A DNA stretch of 64,000 nucleotides from Lepidodermella squamata (lineage: Eukaryota; Animalia; Gastrotricha), in NCBI GenBank assembly GCA_047495785.1, contig JBLDXI010000010.1, positions 806,001-870,000 on the forward strand. Direction: 5' to 3'. Below the pieces are notes generated by a model that saw nothing but the letters and a program-made list of their open reading frames with translations, made no database searches and was not told the origin of the DNA. The translations under genes were made by a program, and so were the position numbers. This document shows positions 25,305-37,325 of the stretch, in pieces (positions within the stretch are counted from its first letter, which is position 1; each line of letters opens with the position of its first letter).

Positions 25305-27726
25305 TCACTAACATACCGCGGAATCAGTTATGTTACAAGCAAGCTGCGAGAGTTGGAAAACAGCTACAATTCAACAGACAACGTTATGCCGCTGATTTTA
25401 GGAAACAATGGAAGGCTTTACACAGGGCAATACCTTCAGTATTTCAACTTTCTCACTATCAACAATAATATGCACAACGTTCATGTTTCGCGCATATTAA
25501 ATATTAACAGAGATTCGATTCCATCTTCTTTCAACCTGTTCATCCCCCACGAATATGTTTACCCATCGGTGGCCGAATTCATATTGAAGATGAATTGGCG
25601 GAAGTTGGCGATTCTATCGACCGATAACATTTATTGGAACAGGGTAATTAAATTGGAAAACCACTGTTAGATAAATATGCAGTTCTACCTTTGATTTCAG
25701 TTGGATCTAGCTTTGATCAGGGAAATGTTTGCCAGAAACATCACCATTATTGGAAACGTACGAATAACGATACCACTTGGTGCCACTGTTCCTTCTTCGG
25801 TTGACATAGAAAATACTGTGCTTGAGTTGATAGCTTTCAGCGAAGCTAGGATTTTTGTGATCCATGTATCTGTTGCAGTTGAAACGTCCTGTTTTCTATT
25901 CAAATATGGTCTGTACGGACCAGGTTACGTTTTACTTATGCCGTCATTCGGCATTTTCAACGTAGACTCACCAATTCCATATTATTGGTGCACGAGTGAG
26001 ATGATAACAGCTGTTCTAGAGAGTGTCCTCTTTTTCGGACAAATGCCTCTCAGCGAAATTCGAGATGGAACGACCGGCAGCGAGCTGGATGCGTATCTGC
26101 GCAGTAGAATCGAAGCCCCTGAAAATATCCCATCGTGGTGGCTACGCACTACTTGCTACGATATGATGCTGTTCACGGCCTACGTGCTCAACGATACTGA
26201 ATCTAAACTTCAACAACAAAACCAAACGTTGAGCGACTGGGTAGTAGGTAGCGAGAATTTTCGGAAAAACGGGTCTTACTTATTCTCCCTGTTAAAAGAG
26301 AGCATTTTCACCATGACGTTGTTCGCAGCCTACGTGCTCAACGATACCGAGTCAAAGCTTCTCCGGCAAAACCAAACGTTGAACGACTGGGCAGCAAGAG
26401 GCGAAAATTTTCGAAAAAACGGGTCTTACTTATTCTCACTTGTAAAGGAGAGCATTTTCACCGTCGAGATGCAGGGCTTTATTAGTAAGCTAAAGTTTGA
26501 CCTGGCGACTGGCTTCAACTGGGCTGGCAACTACTACCTGGCTATAACTCAGCTCCAAAGAAGTAATGGAACATCGCAGGATGGTTCCGGTTTTCGGCGC
26601 GTTAATGAACGCGAGCGATGGCTCTGTGAAATTTGGTCCAGGTAAACTCCTCTGGAAAACATCTGATGGCCAGGCCCCACGCGATGGATTGCTAATTGTT
26701 GAGACCAAGTGGGATTATCCCGTCTTAACGTTTTCGCTTCTTGCCGGTGAGTCATAATAGCTGTCATTTATTGGCAAGGATTGAACATTATATTTAGCGA
26801 TTTCGGCACTGGGAATGCTTATTGTTCTACTCCTGTTGATTCTATCATCAATGGACAAGTTGAGCTTTGCTGGCGGCATGAATCAATGGAGCTATCGGCT
26901 GCTTCTAGTTGGGGATGTATTTTTGGCGTGTCAGCCGTTGATCATGGGGCTAGAAAATGATGGCGCGATTCATGTTCGCTGCATGGCATCCTATTACGTC
27001 TTAAACATCGGAATTTCCATAATTTTAGCGCAGCATGTGGCCAAGCTATGGTTTTACTACATATCGCTCAAATCACCTGTGCCAAAAAAGACAAAAAGAC
27101 AAAACATGACAAAACAAAAGAGGGAGGCTAGAGCCTCTCAAGCAATGTTAGCAGGGGCCAGCGGGTCAAGACGCTCTCAGCAGGAGAAGATTCCCGCCAA
27201 CAAAGCCGGTGTCTTTATTCTTGCGTTCGTGCTGTTGAACTGCGCGCTCTTCATGATTTGGTTAACGGTTGATCCTTTGATTACCATGAAAAATGTCGTT
27301 AGTTTTGAGCTATCAAAGACTGACATTAGTTTGGCGTATAGCTTTTATGAATATGAATGCATGCTGGGAAACTTCCCATTGGCGATTGATTTTCAGTATC
27401 ACAATATGATGATGCTCTTTATTGGAGTTCCGAACGCCATTCTGATGTTGACAGCATTAGCCCTGTCGTTAACGCTTCAAATGGTGAGTTCTTACTATTC
27501 TTTTTTATCAGAGTGTACCTTCATGACTTCGAATTAGCCTGGAGTTGCTCTATTGCGCCAATCGACCAACGGAACGATACTAATAATACTAGCCTCTTGC
27601 GCCATAGGGCTGATATTCTCAAATGATTGGAGAAGTCTTCAGACACTTGTGTCGTCTTCATGCTTGGCCATCGCTTGCTGCAATTTGCTGACTCAATTCA
27701 TATTTATCACGAAATTCAACTGCTAA
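25305..27726 (+). pseudogene. GABA-B-like GPCR copy 4, pseudogene (no exon 1 found, 24-nt deletion, 150-nt tandem duplication, frameshift)
   Basis: Exons 2-5 are recognisable. No exon 1 is seen in the TE-rich upstream DNA. GPENVRAS is deleted at ~26064, 26163-26312 is duplicated at 26313-26462, and a 14-nt deletion shifts frame at ~26580. Confidence 0.85.
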
Positions 27727-28343
27727 GAATGTACATTCGTTTTTCCTCCTATTTCACCAAGCATGCTTGTAACTCCGCACATAGATCCGAACATAACTGC
27801 ATTTGTTAAGCCGAACCATTTTTTCATTATATTATTCATATTCGACAGCTTAAAACCGCACCAAACTTCTCGGGAATACGTGTATATATTGTTTCGTAAA
27901 ATCATATTAGATACCAAATCCTTATAAATAGTCGTTTCGCGTTAAAAAGGAGCCGCTGTGTGCATAGCATGAAGCGTTTATCACTACTATACGTTCTCAG
28001 TGAAAACAGTTTCAAGGTGGAATTATAGAGGTATTCTTGGTCTCTTTTTACTAGTACTCTTTTTAAAATTCTTTCGTTTGGCGGCTGCTCTAATTCTCTG
28101 TATTGGGGAAAAGATGAACTAATATTTAATGGGATGCTAAATTAGGTTGAAGCGCACCTTACAATTCGTGCCCTGATCTGTAGAAAATGGAGACAACAAC
28201 ATCCTACAGACGAGGGTGCACCTAATATGCGCATGAGGTCAGACGGAGAAGGCTGAAACCTGAAACGACGGGTCTTAATCTTAACAACGATTCACCTCAA
28301 AGATTGTATCGGAATAATTTTTCTTTCATTAAAACGAAGGGCA

Positions 28344-30962
28344 ATGCTAATCCGCATGGATCTGATTTTTTTGATGCTTATCAAATGCGTTTCTCTCCAG
28401 AAACTAACTTTCAGGAGCCCAATGCCAAGTTCGATATCGCAATCAGCTAATTCGAACATATCGATAGACGTATCCAGCTAACTCTTACAACATCCATAAA
28501 CTATAGTGGTGGGCTAACGATATCTTTAGGGCCACTTTGCACCGAATCCTTGCGATTTGCGCTAATGAAAATTCGAAACTCAAATCAGCTGTTGAAAAAC
28601 TATGATTTGAAGTTGACCTTGTTCGATGATCAGGTAAGCGTCGCCTTGCTATGAATTTGTCTATGAATTGCTTATTTCTACTTTAAACAGTCGCAAACAT
28701 TTCCCGCAATCCGTTATGTAACATCCAAGTTACGCGAGCTGGAAACTGACAGCAATGTTACGGAGAACGTCATGCCGCTAATTTTGGGAAACAGCGGTAA
28801 GCTGTACACTGGGCAATACTTGCAGTACTTCAACTTCTTCACGATCAACCACGGGCAAACAGTTCACGTTTCTCGAATTTTACATATCAACAGAGACTCG
28901 CTTCCTTCTTCAATCCAATTGTTCGTCCCCCACGAATATGTTTACGCTTCGGTCGCAGAATTTATATCGAAGATGAATTGGCGAAAGTTGGCCATTCTGT
29001 CAACAGACAACATCTATTGGAACAGGGTAATCAAATTCGAAAATAGTTGCTATAAAATAATTATCGCTCTAATTTCAGTGGGACTTAGCTTTGATCAGAG
29101 AAATGTTTGCGCGGAACATCACAATTCTCGGGAACGTTCGAATAACGATACCACTAGGTGCCACCAACCCATCCTCGGTTGACATTGAAAATACAGTGCT
29201 TGAATTGATCGCATTCAAGGAAGCCAGGATTTTTGTGATTCACGTATCTGTTGCCGTCGAAACGTCGTGCTTTCTATACAAATATGGATTGTACGGACCA
29301 GGTTACGTTTTCTTAATTCCTGGCTTCGGAATTTTCAACGCAGATTCACCAATACCATACTTGTGGTGCACGGGTGAAATGATAGCAGCCGTTCTTGAGA
29401 GCGTTCTCTTTTTCGGGCAAATGCCCCTTAGTGAAATTCGAGGTCCAGAAAATGTCAGAGCTTCGGATGGAACGACCGGCAGCGAGCTGGATGCGTATCT
29501 ACGCAGTAGAATCGAAGCCCCGGAAAATATTCCAACTTGGTGGCTACGCACTACTTGCTACGATATGATGCTGTTCACGGCCTACGTGCTCAACGATACT
29601 GAATCTAAACTTCAACAACAAAACCAAACGTTGAGCGACTGGGTAGTAGGTAGCGAGAATTTTCGGAAAAACGGGTCTTACTTATTCTCCCTGTTAAAAG
29701 AGAGCATTTTCACCGTCGAAATGCAGGGTTTCATTAGTAAGCTAAAGTTCGACCTGGCTACTGGTTTCAATTGGGCTGGAAACTACTACCTGGCTATAAC
29801 TCAGCTTCAAAGAATCAAAGGTAATGGGACATCACAGACAAGGATGGTTCCAGTTTTCGGAGCGTTAATGAACGCGAGCGATGGCTCTGTGAAATTCGGT
29901 CCCGGTAAACTCTCATGGAAAACATCTGATGGCCAGGCCCCTCGTGACGAAATGTTGGTCCTAGAAATTAAGTGGGAATATCCTGTCTTAGTATTTTCGT
30001 TTCTTGCGGGTAAGTCGGGTCTTTAATGCCACTTTTTGCGCAATATTTAAATTTTTATCAGCTATTTCGACATTGCTAACGCTTATATCTCTATTTCTGT
30101 TGGTTCTATCATTAATGGATAAGTTGCGCTTCGCTGGTGGGATCAGTAAAATGAGCTATCGGCCGCTTCTTGTTGGAGACATCTTTTTAGCTTCCCAGCC
30201 CTTGATTATGGGCCTTCAAAATGATAGCGCGATTCATGTTCACTGCATGGCGTCCTACTGCTTCCTTATCATCGGAATCTCTATAACTTTGGCACAGCAT
30301 GTTGCCAAACTATGGTTCAATTACATATCGTTCAAGAAACCTGTGGCAACACAAAAGATGATAGCAAGAGCCTTTCAAGAGCAACCAGTAGTGACTAGCG
30401 AATCTCAAACAGGCCAGGAAGAACAAAGTCCCACCAAAGCAATGGGATTCTTCATCCTAATTTGCTTGCTTTTTAATTGTGCGCTCATGGTGATTTGGTT
30501 TGCTGTTGAACCCTTGATCACAGTGAAAAGCGTTGTTAGCTTCGAGCTATCAAAGACTGACATTAGTTTGGCGTATAGCTTCTATGACTATGAATGCACC
30601 ATGGGACATTTTTCTTTGGCGGATGATTTCCAATTCCACAACTTGATGTTGCTGTTCCTCGGAATTCCGAATTGTATTCTAATACTAACAGCGCTCGCTC
30701 TGTCTCTAATGCTTCAAAAGGTTAGTTCATTCCATGATTTGTCAGTGAGATAGGCTTCCTTGTTTTGAATTAGGCTGGAGTTGCTCTCTTACGTCAATCA
30801 ACCAATGGTACGATACTAATAATTGTAGCAGCGGGAGCCATAGGGCTGATATTTGCGAATAATGGAAGGAGTCTTCAGATACTGGTATCCGCCTCGTGCT
30901 TGGCTATCGTAGCCTGCAATTTGTTGACTCAATTCGTATATATTACGAAACTTAACTTCTAA
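28344..30962 (+). pseudogene. GABA-B-like GPCR copy 5; intact except for a 7-nt deletion in exon 1; exons 28344-28633, 28691-29026, 29079-30009, 30062-30720, 30774-30962
   Basis: Exon 1 is 290 nt: TCGATAGACG here versus TCGATGGCAGATAGACG in copy 2, giving an early TAA. Exons 2-5 are open and in frame. Confidence 0.8.
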
Positions 30963-31220
30963 AACTACAAGTACCTCACCACGCATATCGATTCGGCCAA
31001 AATTATTTCGAAGATATAAAATTGTGAGTGATAAATCGTATCTAGCATCGTAAAACCGCTAACTAAATTCTCTCATTCTCCCATTCTTGCCGATGTTTTT
31101 TCCTTGTGTCGAACCTGGAACTCAATGACAAAGAAATACAATTGTTCCTTTACTACACCGGATGTTTTTGTACAACGCTAACAGGATGGTAACAGTAAGA
31201 TTACAGTATTGAGCTTAATC

Positions 31221-34200
31221 TCATTCGGAAACATTAGGCAAAAGCAGTTTAATCTGCTGGGTTGGTTCCCGCTGCTGCGTAAAGTTATTCTGGAACTCTT
31301 GAACGAGCGGGTTGGCTAGCACATGGAAGTTGGGCCATCTGGTTGGCATCTCCTGCATGAGCGACCGGAAAATATTGTAGCCGCTTCGCAAGACAGCCAC
31401 CAAATTCTGCATTTTTGAATACCGAGTTTGACAAGCCTCCGCGCCACCCAACACGTGCTTCACAGCCATCTCGTAAGAATGCCGAACTAGAGGAATCTGA
31501 CCGATATGGGCGTGCGTCTCTTCATCTAGAAAAAGGCGAAAAATAGTATGAGAACTCTTTGAATTCTTATTAAAAATACAGCTTGGAACTTTCTTAAGAA
31601 AAAAATGTAGAAAAATTACCAGGGCTGAAGCATAGAAGAGCACAGAAGACTGCGAATTCCTGAAGGTTGGAAATAGTCTCCGCCACTTGGTTCCCAACAT
31701 AGCTCAGGTAGCTCTTGATCATGAATTCTTTCTCGCTGTCCGTCTGTGAAATCAGCATCGAAAAGCCGGTACACAGCCCTGAATCCCGATCAGCCGCCAA
31801 GTTGGAGGAAGGTTCGAAGTTTAACGAAATTTGAGCAGTGAGAACGGGAAAGAACGAGTTGAGGTATAACATCATACGTTCCTGCATGCTAATCGACTTC
31901 ACGCCGGGAAGAGAACTGAAAAATTCGCTAACAGCCTTCAAGTAAACGGCGAAAACGTCTGCTTTGATAGTCATAGATTCGTCAACAGTCATCTCTGGAG
32001 TTACTGCGACTTTGACCTGCGTAACCGACATTATTAAACAAAATCAATGACGAAATCGCTCGAAAAATTGTAGTATGAACTACGAACTGCGATTGAAAAC
32101 TACCTGGGATATCGGGGTCAATTTCACTGCGGCCGCCACGCATTGTTGAACCAGCCTCTCTGCAAATGAATTTTTAGGTTGCGAAGTCGTTGTTTGTTGG
32201 CTGCTTTCTGCCGCACTCAAGCATGGAATTTGAGAGGTCGCCCCAGCATCATTACTCTGTCTCCTCTCCTCGACCCTCAACTCTCCTCCAGGAAATGCAG
32301 AGGATGAGGTAGATGGCGCATCGGTTGAGAGCACGTGGTAATCGAACGCAGGTGAAGCGTCTTTAGAAGCCTTGGGAGCGCTGGCGGCGACTGTGACTGG
32401 TAGAGCTCCTCCCCGATTCAAAAATGTTTCATCGTTGCGGTTAGCACTCGATTGAAAAAACGAAAGGTCCGCCAGTGAGCGGTCTTTTTTAGATAGCCGC
32501 TTCTGTTTAGCGGAAGAACCAGGTCGAGAAGTTTCACCATGTTCAGTTGAGCCAACAGAAGAATTTCTGGTATTAGATCGAGTGAGTTTTGCGTGTTCAC
32601 GGCGCTGTTGATGTGGCTTCTTATTGAAGAACCTTCTCGAGCATCGCAGAGAGTCGTTACGTTCCAGGCTGTGTGATTCATCGGGGGAGCTCGGCTCAGC
32701 ATTGAGCGCGCTTGTAGTTACCACGGTTGATTGAGCAGGTAAGGCTGATTTGCGTGGGTAAGAGCCAGGGACTTCACTTTCAGGAGAACTCGGTTCGCTC
32801 ACTGGGAGGCTGGCCTTCTGACGAGTCCTGTGCAGCGCCTCCCTGGAACAACATTGGTTTGTATTAAGGCTTATATTAAGAACAATATCTCTGATTTTCT
32901 ATAATTGGGCACTGCAGCAACTTGGCCAAAGATAGAAAATTTGGTCGCGTAGAATTTTGTACGGTTGAAATCAAGATAGGCATGGAAATTTGGATAAATA
33001 GAGCGTGTCCGATAAACGCTAAACGCACTGCTCGGCTGTTCGGATGTAAACTTTGTAAATATTATATTACCTACTGTCCCAAAAGTATCGTTAAAAATAG
33101 GACTAGACTACAAAAAGTGTGAGAGGCGAAGTAATATCTCACGGCAAGAAAAAATCTTAGTAATAAAAAATCGAAATTGCTGTAATAGTGATCGAGTATG
33201 TCTCTTGTGAGTAGGACTGAACCAGGTAAAAACCGAAAAATACCGAACCAGTTACCATCAGGGTTTTCAGGGTTTCCTCCTGTAAATTTCTTCCGAAAAA
33301 TCGTGGATAAAGGATGGAAGATTCCCCCAGTGGGCCTAATTTAAAAAAAATAGGCTAATAAATTCCCAGTTGTTTTAACTTCTAATTGCTGCGGAAATCA
33401 TGGGAGTTGGGATTAATTAGCGAAAGCATTTGAATCGAGGTCGAATGGCGTCATTAGTTGCACGGCCACGTTGCGCCTTTCTTAAAAATGCTAATAAGGT
33501 GTCCAAAATGTACAAATCTATCCATAATTTCAACAATTTTCATGAAATCAAAGTAAAATGGAAAAATCACGGGTAATTGAATTCATCGAATTCCTATTCA
33601 ATATTCAATTTTTACAATTCTTCCAGATTTCCTAGAACTGCCCAAGAAACGGTTTAGTCCAAGGATAAATTTTAATAGCCTACATGATTTTTCGGCGTTG
33701 CTGCTCTGCTTCAAAGTCGTCCGATGAGTCATCAACAAAGTCATCGAAATCATCATCGATATCGTCTTCAAAGGTTTCATAGTCTGTATTGCGACTGTAG
33801 TTCTGTTGCGACCTCATACTGCTTGATGATTCGCTTATCCCCTGGTCTCGCTTTCCCTTCGAATAGCGGTTGCGTGGGCAGCGTTCACCAAACATGCCTG
33901 CATCATAGCAGCGGCGGAAGCGGCAACTCCGGCATTCAGTTCTAGGACTGCACGGAGATTTTGGTGCGAAATCGGCTTGTGGGTCAAGATTTCGAGGTCT
34001 TTGTAAGCAATGCAGATCGTTTGGATGCTTCTGCCTCGTGCGAGCGAAGAAATATCCGCAGTCTTCACACGCGACGACCCCATAGTAAAAGCCATCACCT
34101 GGGAAAAGAAATAGATGATAAGGCATGTTTGACCACCCGCTCAATTATGTGAAACCTAATGGTTATCTTAGAGTGTCCCAAAACCACGCAATTCCATTGT

Positions 34201-34744
34201 TACAATGGCTATTAATAATGCTATCAGCCCTATCCAATAAGTTTGGAATGTAATCTCCCTTACTGGGCGCACTGCAAACTGCGCAAGGAATTCTGGCGAA
34301 ATCATCGTCGATCGAGCTTCCCGTCCTCGAAACGATGGAGCTTCCAGGCTTTGTTATTCCCCTGCTATCCAACTTTGGCTGTCGCTTCGCTTGTGGTGAC
34401 TGGCGCGATGTTGACGAGGAAGAGGCTTCGTCTTTACTTGTCCTAGCTAATAGTTTAGCCTTTCGAATTTGATCCATAACGCTTAAACCCATTTTGTATC
34501 TGCAAGGTCGGCATTTCACTATTTCAGACGCCGCTTTATGCTTCGATTTCGGCTCTGAGCAAACGCAATCCCAATCCTCGGGTATGCCCTCTGTCTGACA
34601 GCGATACTGAAATTTGCGACAGGCCTCGCAAATAGAGATTTTTGGAAATAATATCGATTCCTGTCTCCTATGCGACGACGAGCGTCGGAAAAGGCTCGGT
34701 ATCGAACGTCGACAGACGCCGCAGTAAAATTTACAATCTGCCAT
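31221..34744 (-). CDS. Nuclear receptor with two tandem C4 zinc-finger DBDs and an LBD (2DBD-NR-like, ~778 aa); exons 34744-34264, 34098-33684, 32842-32104, 32016-31620, 31525-31221
   Basis: Four GT-AG introns give one open frame of 2337 nt. DBD1: CGVC..CEACRKF..CVC..CRPCRY. DBD2: CAVCSAPSDGFYYGVVACEDCGYFFAR..CRSCRFRRCYDAGM. LBD signature FFSSLPGVKSISMQERMML, helix EFAVFCALLCFSP, AF-2-like PLVQEF. Confidence 0.85.
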
Positions 34745-35658
34745 GTCTTGAATAATTAAGGATGCTAAAACAAGAAGATTATCTGTGTATAAATAATTTT
34801 TTACAGTTAAACGTTACTTCAGGACGGATGGGAAGTAAGGGGAAGGGGGAACGGTCCAGTCAGTTAAATTTACTAGTTTGATGGCTGTTATCCAGTGCAA
34901 AACGAAAGCGAGGGTTTTATTAAACACTTCTCCGTGTGTTATTGACCCTGATAACACCGAGTTGCTTGTCTTTTGAAATGGTGCGATGACAGACGAACGG
35001 AAGAATAGTTGCGTACGTCTTATTTTAATGCTCGGTGTCTCGCATTGGGGACAAAGCTAGACGTAATAAAATTTTCATGCTCTTTGAATAGGTATCATAG
35101 TTACGAAAAGCACAGCTCATCATATTATATCATTAGCAACGCGATACTACTCGTCTAAGTTTACATATGTGCGCTGTTAACTATACCGCCAGTACTTATT
35201 CTTGTGGATGCCAAAATACGCTGCGGCGCACTATTCCAGTTATGAATACAATAAGTGTGCTCACCTATGTGTGTACTGCCAAGCAACAGTTGTCAACTTC
35301 TTGTTAACCTTAACATTTGAAAATGAAGTTCAGCGAAGCTTTTGAGTATTCTGTAACAGACGATTGTCTATGGCCAATGAATATCGGGTTCTTTCGAGGA
35401 AAATTTGAAATTATGAACTGACGCAAAAGACTATCGTTGCTAGCCTTATACTAACCTTACCTTGCTAGCCATTAGCCATGCGATTAACTAATACGTTATA
35501 AATAGGCTTTCAGCACTGATTTTTTCGAGACAGCGAGGCTCTGTTTCTTCAAATCCCTGAGTTTGCTTTCACTGAATTTATTTAGCGGCCGTCAAATTGT
35601 TACGGGTTACCAGACCCATTTATGGTAAAGTCTTTTACTGAAATTTCCTTTTCATAGC

Positions 35659-36063
35659 TCAGGCGAGTTGAACAACCATCTTCGCAACCGCCAGCGCCAA
35701 AAATGAAGCGCAGATTTGGGCTGAACTGACTACCGTTGTTGATGCGCCTGAGTAGATGATTTTGTTGAGAGCAGCTCTAACCCCAGCGTCCACAAGCCGG
35801 CTCACAACGTTGACTTGCGTCGTCGTAGATGTTGAATTTGAGGGAGATATTATCTCGTTCAATTTTCCATTCGCCTGATCCAACTTGCTCTGGACGATGT
35901 TAGCCCCAGTGTAGACAACGTTGCTAGTTGCGTTAGAGACAGAGCTGAGAATTGAGTTCCCAGAGGATATTAGAATGCTTAGAATTGATACAGTGGTTGT
36001 TTCAGCCTTTATCTCATTAACGGCGATAATTGCGACTAAAAATATAGTGAACTTGAAAAACAT
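35659..36063 (-). CDS. Small Ser/Thr-rich secreted or GPI-anchored protein (134 aa), unknown function
   Basis: Signal peptide MFFKFTIFLVAIIAVNEIKA, N-glycosylation sequons (NAT, NST), hydrophobic C-terminus ICASFLALAVAKMVVQLA. Confidence 0.6.
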   Translation of the reverse strand: MFFKFTIFLVAIIAVNEIKAETTTVSILSILISSGNSILSSVSNATSNVVYTGANIVQSKLDQANGKLNEIISPSNSTSTTTQVNVVSRLVDAGVRAALNKIIYSGASTTVVSSAQICASFLALAVAKMVVQLA

Positions 36064-37325
36064 TTTAGATGTTGCTATGTGGGAAAGTTTGAAAGTGTAA
36101 AATTTCAAGAGGCATTATGGGGTTAGCGATGTAACCTCCTACTCCCAACCGACTCCACTCACCCACCGCTTTCTGCCCGCAATATGCAACTTCATTGTGG
36201 CAGGACAATTACTCGTTAGTAACGCGAGTAAACCATTGTTATCCTGAGCACGCGCTAAACTGGCACAGAGCCTGAAAACATGAGTCGTGGAACAAATATA
36301 CTCTATCCCGTCTTAAACTTTCTATGATTCATAGCGCAAAATCGTTATGACGGACTGGGCTTTGAAAGGTGTGGATTTTCCGCCTGCGAAATTCATCCCT
36401 ACAGAATCCTGTTTTCTAAGTTGAATAAGACTGATATGAATCAGTAGCTACTAAAGCTGAATGTTTGTTGTATGGATCTCGATGTAGATGTGAAGGTTTT
36501 CCCAGAAAAAGATATCGAAGATTTCAAAGATTCTATCGATGATAAAAAATTCCCGAAGATTTTGCATTAAGCATGCTTATTTGAAGAAGCTTGCAGAATA
36601 AAAAGTGATCAATCATGTTTCAATTCAGGTTCGAAAGCTTTTCCAATCCCTATCATGTATTTAGGTTATCATCAGCATTTTCTTTTCAGTTCCCATGATA
36701 TAAGCTAAGGTGCTGAGAGCTTGGAAAACTGCTCGGTCGATTATTGAGCGAGATCTTCGAGAGTTTCGAGAACAGCCTGTAAATTTCTAGCGTGATCGCA
36801 TGGCTGAAGTTTTGTCTTTCACAATTGACATCACTGCCATCCCTATTCGGAAATGGATATCAGTGGACATTGAGCGCTTCACATAATGCAAGCCTACGAG
36901 CCGACAACGGAAGCTGTTTTAGACGCGTTAAAGCTCTGGAAGAAATTCGATAGGAATTATCCGGCGAATTAAAATGCTTCTTGTAGGATAAAGACTCACG
37001 TAATTTGAGTGGTCGACGAAGCACTTTCTTAATTTCCTGAGCTAACCCCCCTAGCGTTTCGTAGGCCTAAAGTCGAGTTATGGAGCCATTTAAGGTTTCA
37101 GATTTCTTTGCGACAAGATGAAACATTTGAAGGGATTATTACAGTATGAGATTTTCGCCCCCGACAGTGGCGAAACTGTCTTCAAAATTAAAACTATTGA
37201 GACAAGAGACAGAAACTTCCGTCAAGCTTCGTGGAGGTGTAATCACAAAGAGCACGTCGAAAACGTTTACAGGATCATTGTGCTTTTTATCTCCTGATTA
37301 TTTTGTTTCACAAACACCCAAGGCA

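Noticed and set aside
36400-36930. Coding-like sequence with splice-like signals upstream of copy 6
   Set aside because: Multiple stops and no identifiable homology; cannot be supported.
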